In this document: positions 25,956 to 32,000 of the stretch, one piece after another | Layout of the letters: each line of letters begins with the position of its first letter | Position numbering within the stretch: position 1 is the stretch's first letter | Assembly: GCA_964577555.1 (NCBI GenBank) | Contig: CAZNZM010000004.1 | Location: forward strand, 1-32,000 | Direction of reading: 5' to 3' | DNA length: 32,000 nucleotides | DNA from: an uncultured archaeon | Lineage (GTDB): Archaea > Iainarchaeota > Iainarchaeia > Iainarchaeales > Iainarchaeaceae | Notes under the pieces: model-generated | Databases searched by the model: none | Told to the model about the DNA's origin: nothing | The model's input: only the letters and a program-made list of their open reading frames with translations | Program-made: the position numbers and the translations under genes

Positions 25956-26479
25956 TCAAAACCCTTTGAACGCCTAATAGCCCTTATCATCGACTCAGTC
26001 CTAGAATCAGATTTATATAAAGGATCAGTTATATAAAAAATTTCCCTAGCCTTAAAAAGATCGGAAATACCTGAAATTGACTCAAAATATTTTTTCCTAA
26101 TGTCAGTATTATAAGAATCAACATCATTGTAAATGTGCCTGCTAATAAAATTAAAATTGTCGTGACCTATTATGCCGGACAAAAAATACAAATTATCATC
26201 CTTTCTCACTTGCTCGACAAACTTCTCAAGAACCGACTTCTTAGTCAAATCAAGCTGAAGCAACGAAACAACTTCAAGCTTATAACCAAGCTTCCTAAAA
26301 TCAGCCTTCGGTCCATAACCAACAACCAAACCCTGCTTTGCAAGAAAATCAAGAGAAGACTTAACAGTAGCCTTATGATAACCAGTATATTTTTGAATAG
26401 CCCTGATATTAGGCACAACAGCACCAGGCTTCAACAAAGCAGCAAGAATATTCAACCTGACCTCGTCATCCAATTTCAT
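25952..26479 (-). CDS. Lrp/AsnC-like transcriptional regulator (wHTH plus a small alpha/beta C-terminal domain)
   Basis: Met-13 of ORF 25952..26515 gives 'MKLDDEVRLNILAALLKPGAVVPNIRAIQKYTGYHKATVKSSLDFLAKQGLVVGY', an Lrp-style N-terminus. The C-terminal ~100 aa fit a RAM-like domain. ATGs at 26515 and 26491 are also possible starts. The stop overlaps the next gene's ATG (ATGA). Confidence 0.55.
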   Translation of the reverse strand: MKLDDEVRLNILAALLKPGAVVPNIRAIQKYTGYHKATVKSSLDFLAKQGLVVGYGPKADFRKLGYKLEVVSLLQLDLTKKSVLEKFVEQVRKDDNLYFLSGIIGHDNFNFISRHIYNDVDSYNTDIRKKYFESISGISDLFKAREIFYITDPLYKSDSRTESMIRAIRRSKGFD

Positions 26480-26644
26480 TACAACAGCCATAAAACAAAA
26501 ATAAGTATGATACATTAAAAAGACTTTTTAATGTCCAAAAAAGACATTCAAAATTGGCTAATCTATATAAACTTCACAATAAGCAAAACTAATTGTAACG
26601 AGAAAAAGGGGGAATCCAATCCTAAGAAAAAAACAGAAAAGTTT

Positions 26645-26692
26645 GGAACGGGGTTAAAGCTCACCAAGCTAAAAAAACAACAACCCCGTTCC
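26645..26692 (-). terminator. GC-rich hairpin flanked by T-tracts, downstream of the pilus-locus operon
   Basis: 'ggaacggggtt' (~26645-26655) and 'aaccccgttcc' (~26682-26692) form a perfect 11-bp stem around a ~26-nt loop. On the minus strand this lies ~65 nt after the stop at 26757 and is followed by 'ttttctgttttttt'. Confidence 0.5.
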
Positions 26693-26756
26693 ATCCAACC
26701 CAAAAAAAACAACACATAATTGAAACACAAAAAGCAAAAAAAATTCAAAAATACTT

Positions 26757-28532
26757 TCAAGACTCTTTTAAATTATCATAAACTGAAACCCTGATAGAAA
26801 TCTTAACAGAATTTGACACACCCTTGTCATTAGAAACAGTAAGAAAAACATTGTGGTCACCAACATCATTAACACTAAAAGTTTTGGAAAAAGTTTTGCC
26901 TTCAACAGGCTCAGAATCATCAACCCTCCAAACCCAAGAAACAATTTTATTGCCAAGAGGATCAAAAGAATTGCTCCAAAAATCGACATCAACATCATTG
27001 CTTTCAGAAGTTATTATTACCGGATTTAGCGGAGAAAAACCTATCAAAGCAACAGGCTTCAAAGACAAAGGAGAAACAGAAACAACATCATACGGCTCCT
27101 GTTTTTTATAAACCCAAATCTTAACCTCTCTTTGAGTCCCATCCTTCAACGGCAAAGTCTTATTCACAACATACCTTTCCGCATTATCCTTTTTTGTACC
27201 AAACTCAAACTTCTTGCCAACAACAGCATCAATCGTTGAAATTATGCTCTCTTTCAACAACGAAATGTCACAACCACCTGAACTACAATCAATAATATTT
27301 CCCTTGCTTACTCCGTCACCGCCTGCAAGCAACGCCATATGCTCCTTTATCTTGTTAATAGTTTCAGGGTTTGAATGCAAACCGGAAGAAGGAAAAGAAA
27401 CACAATTAAGTTTGCCATTACAATCAACACAATCATTCGAAGTAACACAAAGATTGCCGACAGAATCGCAAATAGGCGGAGCTCCATTGCCTTTAGGATC
27501 GGTAAAAATCGGAACAACTCTATAATCATAATTCTTAAGAACAGAAATAGCGTGATTCACAAAAACAAGAGAACGATTGCCATTACTCAAATTACAAGTT
27601 TTATAATAAACCCTAACGTTACTGCCAGTTTCTTGATAACTATAAGGAGTATCAGACTCAGAACCAGAACTCAATTCATCAGAAGCCGGAAATATAAAAG
27701 TCACGGTTGGAAACTCCGACTCCATCCTTGCCTCTGGAACTTCCTTGGCAACATAAGCCGAAGCAGTAGCCCAATCCTCGTAAAACTCTCCTTTAAGAAT
27801 GTTCATATCTGGACTGCAATTAGACATGCAACAAATACGGGCTGGAAACTTGTCAACACCAACAAAATAAGGGCTTTGTGGGTTTTTAAGCGAATCCACA
27901 AAATACTTATTATAAATACCAACCCCCAAAGAAGGACAAACATTGCCTGTGTTTGTCACAGGTATTTTATGGTCGGCTTCAATATAAGAACAATCAATAT
28001 CAATACTGGTACAATCAAACGAATTATTAGTATTGGTTTTTAGAATGAAAACTTTCTCTTCAAAAATAAAATCCCCCTTGGTGCGAAAAAAAGACTTTAT
28101 GTCAGGGATTATAACATTCAATTTGTCAATATCGTCACGCATGCTGTCAGAACCATCGACAATGAAATAAAGCCTTATTTTCATTTTAGGCGGAATAATC
28201 TCCATATAATAATTTTCTTTCCCATAAATAGAGTCAAATATTTTTTCAACAATCTCCTTTCTATTAACATTTTGCCCATAATAATTGAAATCATAAGACC
28301 ATGAATATATCATGTCACCCATCAACTGTGCAACACTCATCTTAATGGTTGGTTCTTCAATCTGCAAAATCTCTCCAAAATCTGCTGAAATACGATGCTG
28401 TTCAAAAGCAATCTTATTGCTTTCAAAAACCTTTACGGCTTGGTCAAGCTGATTGAATTGAATCAAAGCCCAACCAGAAAGAAGCATGACAACAATAATT
28501 ACTATTGCAATAATATCTGAAACCGCAGACAT
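26757..28532 (-). CDS. Pilin-anchored vWA-PKD protein (candidate pilus tip adhesin)
   Basis: 591 aa. The N-terminus 'MSAVSDIIAIVIIVVMLLSGWALIQ' is a pilin-type helix with Asp at position 6 (the S-x-V-S-D motif, +5 counted from Ser-2). 'RLYFIVDGSDSMRDDIDKL' is a vWA beta-strand with a DxSxS MIDAS motif (nt ~28143-28157). A Cys-rich middle region brings the total to 14 Cys. The C-terminal PKD-like domain reads 'FWSNSFDPLGNKIVSWVWRVDDSEP...HNVFLTVSNDKGVSNSVKISIRV' (nt ~26784-27056). Confidence 0.85.
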   Translation of the reverse strand: MSAVSDIIAIVIIVVMLLSGWALIQFNQLDQAVKVFESNKIAFEQHRISADFGEILQIEEPTIKMSVAQLMGDMIYSWSYDFNYYGQNVNRKEIVEKIFDSIYGKENYYMEIIPPKMKIRLYFIVDGSDSMRDDIDKLNVIIPDIKSFFRTKGDFIFEEKVFILKTNTNNSFDCTSIDIDCSYIEADHKIPVTNTGNVCPSLGVGIYNKYFVDSLKNPQSPYFVGVDKFPARICCMSNCSPDMNILKGEFYEDWATASAYVAKEVPEARMESEFPTVTFIFPASDELSSGSESDTPYSYQETGSNVRVYYKTCNLSNGNRSLVFVNHAISVLKNYDYRVVPIFTDPKGNGAPPICDSVGNLCVTSNDCVDCNGKLNCVSFPSSGLHSNPETINKIKEHMALLAGGDGVSKGNIIDCSSGGCDISLLKESIISTIDAVVGKKFEFGTKKDNAERYVVNKTLPLKDGTQREVKIWVYKKQEPYDVVSVSPLSLKPVALIGFSPLNPVIITSESNDVDVDFWSNSFDPLGNKIVSWVWRVDDSEPVEGKTFSKTFSVNDVGDHNVFLTVSNDKGVSNSVKISIRVSVYDNLKES

Positions 28533-28955
28533 TCAAACACCTTTAAAGCAAAAATAAACCCGGCCAAGGCATTTTTGCCCCTTACTATTAATAATATTCA
28601 CGACGTAAGAATATTTCCTTTCACAAGAATCATTATTGCCTATTGCCCAAGACTTTTCACTACAACCAAGAAAATTTTCCATTTTGACAACATAACCGGA
28701 AACAACAGGAGTAGTACAATTAGAATTAATGCCAAACCTATCAAACTTGTTTTCGTCAAAAGTGCCAATGCAACGAAAAACAAAATCCCTTACTTGCCCG
28801 CTTTCCTGAAGAGGCTTTATTGAAGGAGTAAGCTGATTTACCGGAACAATAGAAGAATAACCAATATAAACAAGAAACAAAACAACAAAAACAATTATGA
28901 CAACAAGCATAAAAGTTGAAATCATAGAATAAATGCCTCTACAATCCATTGACAT
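28533..28955 (-). CDS. Cys-rich pilin-like protein
   Basis: 140 aa. 'MSMDCRG|IYSMISTFMLVVIIVFVVLFLVY' has a basic leader ending in Arg-Gly and then a hydrophobic helix. There are 6 Cys after the helix. The stop abuts the next gene's ATG (28532). Confidence 0.7.
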   Translation of the reverse strand: MSMDCRGIYSMISTFMLVVIIVFVVLFLVYIGYSSIVPVNQLTPSIKPLQESGQVRDFVFRCIGTFDENKFDRFGINSNCTTPVVSGYVVKMENFLGCSEKSWAIGNNDSCERKYSYVVNIINSKGQKCLGRVYFCFKGV

Positions 28956-29367
28956 CTATTCTGCCCCCGTTTTTTCTGTTCACCAAAAGCTCGGTTACAT
29001 AAGCAAGGTTAATGCTCAAATTAGAATCTGTACTGCAAAGCAAGATTCTGCATTGCATTATCTCGCCTGAATCAAAACAAATATTATTATCCCTAACCAA
29101 AAACAAGCCTTTTTCAGTCAAAGGATTATACTTATACTTGAAATTATAAGAAGCACAAGCATCATTAATCAAAGTCTGCATTTTAGTAACATCATTCTGA
29201 ACCCGCTCGGCTTCAGGCCTCAAATTCTTGAAATTACCCAAAAGCCACATAGAAGCAAGCAATATAGCAGTTATAACTGCCAACCACAAAACAACATCTG
29301 ACACCAAACTAGCCTTTGAATTCAAATTCAAAACATTCAAATCAGGCTTTGCACTCAATTTTAACAC
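28939..29367 (-). CDS. Cys-rich pilin-like protein
   Basis: 142-aa ORF with a GTG start. An in-frame TTG at ~29325 would give 'MNSKA|SLVSDVVLWLAVITAILLAS' with Asp at +5. There are 4 Cys after the helix. The N-terminal helix is paralogous to that of the 29342..29800 product. Confidence 0.7.
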   Translation of the reverse strand: MLKLSAKPDLNVLNLNSKASLVSDVVLWLAVITAILLASMWLLGNFKNLRPEAERVQNDVTKMQTLINDACASYNFKYKYNPLTEKGLFLVRDNNICFDSGEIMQCRILLCSTDSNLSINLAYVTELLVNRKNGGRIDVNGL

Positions 29368-29800
29368 CGCCCTTAACCCTTAAAAAAGAACAAGTAAAAT
29401 CAGTTACTGAAAAAGCTTCCCTGTGAAAAGTAGTGTCAAGGTTCAAATCATAATCCTGCGGAGGACAAGAACATTTTACACAATTACTACTGCCTTGAAA
29501 CTCCATACAAATTTTACTGCCAGAAGACCTGGCAAAAACAACAGAACCGCTTGCAAGAGGAAACTTTTCAGACAACAAAGTGTCAACAGCAGAATTGCAA
29601 ACAAATTCGCACTTCTGCCCCATTCTTGCAAGCGAATTTTTTATTTGCTGGAGTTTTTGTTGATCAGAACCGGTAGAAACCAAATTAGCCACTATTAAAA
29701 GCCCAAAAACAGCTGTTATTACGCCAACATAGAGCCAAACAGCCTGATCCACAAAATCTCCCCAAAATGAAAGCAAATATAGACATTCATGAACATTCAA
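29342..29800 (-). CDS. Cys-rich pilin-like protein
   Basis: 152-aa ORF with a TTG start and no in-frame ATG at the 5' end. '...SFWG|DFVDQAVWLYVGVITAVFGLLIVANLV'. There are 8 Cys after the helix, including 'SNCVKCSCPP'. The start is uncertain. Confidence 0.65.
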   Translation of the reverse strand: MNVHECLYLLSFWGDFVDQAVWLYVGVITAVFGLLIVANLVSTGSDQQKLQQIKNSLARMGQKCEFVCNSAVDTLLSEKFPLASGSVVFARSSGSKICMEFQGSSNCVKCSCPPQDYDLNLDTTFHREAFSVTDFTCSFLRVKGGVKIECKA

Positions 29801-30356
29801 TGTCTATTGCACCATCGCCATCGCTGTCAAATGCACTGGAAAACCAATGAAACTTTTTATCATCATCAGACAAACCAGCATAACACCCGCCAGGCTTGAT
29901 GAATTGCATCAAAAGCTCGGTGGCTTCCTCTCTTGACTTGCCTTCTCTTTTCCAATAATTGCAAAGAAGATCCTTGCACGAAGACATATTCAAATTGGAA
30001 GAGCCGCAAGAAGTCAAAAGAGAACAATAAACCTTGTCGTCACAAACACCAACCCCTGCCTTGAAGCCAGTATTATTATACGACGGAAGAGCCCCCTGCT
30101 TCAAACGAAAATCAAAAGATTTTATGCAAAACTGCGCCAAACTATCAGCATCTCCAGCAGCACACAACCTTGAACATTCAGTCTTGCCACTGGAAATCTT
30201 GTTTTCAAAAGCGGCTTTATCCTGCTCCTCCTGAATTTTAGTGCCCTGCTCCTTGAACTGCTGAGAAACAAGCTGCAAAACCAGCATTGCAACAGCCAAA
30301 AGAACAAAAAGCACAATGAATATTTGAATTGCCATTTCCATTCCTTTCTGATTCAT
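29787..30356 (-). CDS. Cys-rich pilin-like protein with a C-terminal acidic D-x-D-G-D-G loop
   Basis: 189 aa. 'MNQKG|MEMAIQIFIVLFVLLAVAMLVLQLV'. There are 10 Cys after the helix. The C-terminus is 'FDSDGDGAIDIECS'. Its ATG overlaps the upstream stop (ATGA). Confidence 0.75.
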   Translation of the reverse strand: MNQKGMEMAIQIFIVLFVLLAVAMLVLQLVSQQFKEQGTKIQEEQDKAAFENKISSGKTECSRLCAAGDADSLAQFCIKSFDFRLKQGALPSYNNTGFKAGVGVCDDKVYCSLLTSCGSSNLNMSSCKDLLCNYWKREGKSREEATELLMQFIKPGGCYAGLSDDDKKFHWFSSAFDSDGDGAIDIECS

Positions 30357-30763
30357 GTTTTTACCTCCACTTTACCTTTATCAACATTCCAATTTATAAA
30401 AAAAGTTTTTACGCTTGCTTTCTCAACATTGCCAAGCACGTTGACATCGCCAACCAAAGCAACCAAATTCTCAGGAACAATATTATACGGTTCGTTAGAA
30501 TGAACAGTAAAACAAATACCGCTATGCAAATTCACACCATAATTCTTATTATAACACTCTTTTATCAAAGCAACCACTTCCCTGTCCGAAACAGAAGTAA
30601 CATCAATAAGATCAGCTCCTGTTGGCGGCTTTTTATCCCCACCAAAAAAACCCAAAATAGAATTCTTTCCAGCACCTATAAGATCCTGACTGAAATTAAT
30701 TACAAGAGTGCCAACTACCAAAACTATGAACAAGGTTATTATCAATTGAACAGGCATCTCCAT
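30353..30763 (-). CDS. Pilin-like protein
   Basis: The ORF opens with GTG at 30775. The ATG at 30763 gives 'MEMPVQLIITLFIVLVVGTLVINF', which shares the 'MEM-x-x-Q' start with the mature end of the next gene's product. It has 2 Cys. A 116-nt spacer upstream holds the TATA-like 'tttaatttaaatatttt' on the minus strand. Confidence 0.7.
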   Translation of the reverse strand: MEMPVQLIITLFIVLVVGTLVINFSQDLIGAGKNSILGFFGGDKKPPTGADLIDVTSVSDREVVALIKECYNKNYGVNLHSGICFTVHSNEPYNIVPENLVALVGDVNVLGNVEKASVKTFFINWNVDKGKVEVKT

Positions 30764-30891
30764 AAAAAAAACCACTCAAAACAAGAATAAAACGATTTCA
30801 AAATATTTAAATTAAACGCTTAAAGAACTTTCCAAAAAAACAAACTTGTCCTATAAACAACAAAAAAATAATGACGATTAGGCAAAAAAAA

Positions 30892-31323
30892 TCAAGTTAT
30901 TTTCAACGCATGATTCCCGTTTTCATTGCAAGAAATATTTAAAATCCTTGGCAAAACAAGCGGCGGATTGTCAATCAAAATGCGACAATCAGTACAATAA
31001 TTCATTTTTCTAAAAAAATTATTCAATTTAGCTTCGTCGAGCTCCCCAATTTTGTTGCCATCAAAAGACTCGTCAAGAAGAACAACATTGCCGCAATCCT
31101 TATAAACTTCGCCAAACTGGCACTCTTGCCAACAATAATTAAGCTTTGCCGCAAACTTTGGAAAATTAACTTTGGTTAGGCTTGGTCCGTTGGCAGGAGG
31201 AATAAACATGTTCCTTACAGTATCACCAATCTTGTTAAAATCAAATTGAAAAACAAAAGCGGTTATCAAACCAGCAACTATAATAGTGAAAAAAAGAAAA
31301 CCAACAATTTCAATTGTTTCCAT
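30892..31323 (-). CDS. Cys-rich pilin-like protein (leaderless type)
   Basis: 143 aa. 'METIEIVGFLFFTIIVAGLITAFVF' has Glu at position 5 and no basic leader. There are 6 Cys after the helix. Confidence 0.7.
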   Translation of the reverse strand: METIEIVGFLFFTIIVAGLITAFVFQFDFNKIGDTVRNMFIPPANGPSLTKVNFPKFAAKLNYCWQECQFGEVYKDCGNVVLLDESFDGNKIGELDEAKLNNFFRKMNYCTDCRILIDNPPLVLPRILNISCNENGNHALKIT

Positions 31324-31327
31324 AACA

Positions 31328-31405
31328 TCACTTCAACATGCTTGTAACATACAATATAATCGCTCCAAAAGCTATTACTGCAATAATAACTTCAATCACA
31401 ACCAT
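31328..31405 (-). CDS. Candidate 25-aa micro-ORF encoding only a pilin-type helix (speculative)
   Basis: My own translation of the 93-nt spacer gives 'atggttgtgattgaagttattattgcagtaatagcttttggagcgattatattgtatgttacaagcatgttgaagtga', that is MVVIEVIIAVIAFGAIILYVTSMLK. Glu is at position 5, as in 'METIE' of the next gene. The T-rich minus strand readily produces hydrophobic ORFs by chance. Confidence 0.25.
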   Translation of the reverse strand: MVVIEVIIAVIAFGAIILYVTSMLK

Positions 31406-31416
31406 TATTGTTTGAT

Positions 31417-32000
31417 TCACCTGACAAGCACCCCTTTGAAAATAATTTCAGTGAAAGCATAATAACCGCCAAACAACAAAGCACTATAAATCAAAAAAGA
31501 AATGGCAAGATTCTCGTAAATGGTTTTTGCAATTTTATATTTGTCCGTGCCATCCCTTATATTTGAAAGAAAAAGAGAAAGTATAATAGAAGTTTCAATA
31601 AAATACGCGCCAACAATTATCTCAAGAATAGTAGGAGGAATTATGTCTTTTATCTTCACAAGCTCAAGATTAATAGGATTACTTCCAACACTTGTCAATA
31701 CTTCATTAATCTTCTGCTTAATGAATTCAAGAGACATGACAATAGCAGCAGCCATTACAGTAGCAGTGGTTGCCAACAAAGGAGCCAACACCGTGACGGA
31801 AATACTTACAATAGAAACCGTTTCAGCCAAAAGAGTTTGAATATAATCATCCAACTTGTAAGTTGAAAGAGTCTGCTCCCTTATCATCTTGGCTGATTTG
31901 GCCGCGCTTTTCTGGTCAATCTCGGTAAAAATAACTATCCTCTTAATAATTTGAACCATGCGCCTTGAAGGTGCAACAGAAGGCAAAAACTTTTCAACCA
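31417..32000 (-). CDS. C-terminal part of a polytopic membrane protein, possibly a FlaJ/TadC/PilC-type pilus platform protein (5' end outside the window)
   Basis: The reading frame stays open to the window edge; the TTG at 31986 is only the ORF finder's start. There are at least 3 long hydrophobic segments separated by a soluble stretch. The family is inferred only from its position directly upstream of a row of pilin-like genes. Confidence 0.4.
   Translation of the reverse strand, partial: VEKFLPSVAPSRRMVQIIKRIVIFTEIDQKSAAKSAKMIREQTLSTYKLDDYIQTLLAETVSIVSISVTVLAPLLATTATVMAAAIVMSLEFIKQKINEVLTSVGSNPINLELVKIKDIIPPTILEIIVGAYFIETSIILSLFLSNIRDGTDKYKIAKTIYENLAISFLIYSALLFGGYYAFTEIIFKGVLVR

Noticed and set aside
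26531-26547. Small inverted repeat ATGTC-N7-GACAT upstream of the Lrp-like gene
   Set aside because: The arms are only 5 bp in AT-rich sequence, which is easily produced by chance.
30872-30884. Weak match ('aatgacgattagg') to the TATTCGTCAAT/ATTGACGAATA operator motif in the locus B internal spacer
   Set aside because: Only the core 'TGACGA' matches. It lies ~110 nt from the start codon and is not palindromic, so it cannot be told apart from chance.
1-32000. tRNA, rRNA or other structured RNA genes, transposases, integrases and toxin-antitoxin pairs
   Set aside because: No GC-rich cloverleaf-sized island stands out in any spacer, and no ORF resembles a recombinase, transposase or reverse transcriptase. 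The PIN protein has no small partner gene and resembles Nob1-type PINs rather than VapC. Small C/D-box or other ncRNAs cannot be excluded by eye.

Overview
This window is an AT-rich archaeal chromosomal segment. All calls come from reading the sequence and ORF track by eye; no homology search was run. The archaeal assignment rests on recognisable housekeeping genes: membrane LonB protease, RNase Z, archaeal-type PheRS alpha and beta, RFC large subunit, Orc1/Cdc6, Cdc48/VCP, an NFACT-R protein, an SPFH protein and an M50 site-2 protease. A small-genome, DPANN-like lineage is my inference, not a demonstrated fact. No rRNA, tRNA, CRISPR array or transposase was recognised.

Four things stand out.

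1. Two type-IV-pilin-like loci. Locus A spans 18372-21064, and locus B spans 26757 to the window edge.
   - Locus B reads as the C-terminus of a polytopic membrane protein followed by seven tightly packed genes.
   - Each of the seven has a pilin-type N-terminal hydrophobic helix and a cysteine-rich ectodomain.
   - The last is a 591-aa pilin-anchored protein with a vWA domain (MIDAS motif DGSDS) and a PKD domain. It is a candidate tip adhesin and my best candidate for an undescribed system.
2. A window-wide strand composition asymmetry. The + strand is A- and C-rich and T- and G-poor whichever way the genes point. This visibly reshapes amino-acid usage and creates many long spurious + strand ORFs.
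3. About 2.6 kb of long A-rich intergenic blocks. They are built from reshuffled repeat modules that are always in the same orientation, and they include a 3.3-copy ~60-nt tandem array.
4. Several smaller oddities.
   - A ~24-copy nonapeptide-repeat protein.
   - A perfect 22-bp palindrome that shares an 11-mer with another pilin promoter, next to a membrane-tethered ArsR-type regulator.
   - A half-size NFACT gene directly upstream of cdc48.

Coordinates taken from the ORF track are firm. Coordinates I read off inside long A-runs may be off by 1-2 nt.
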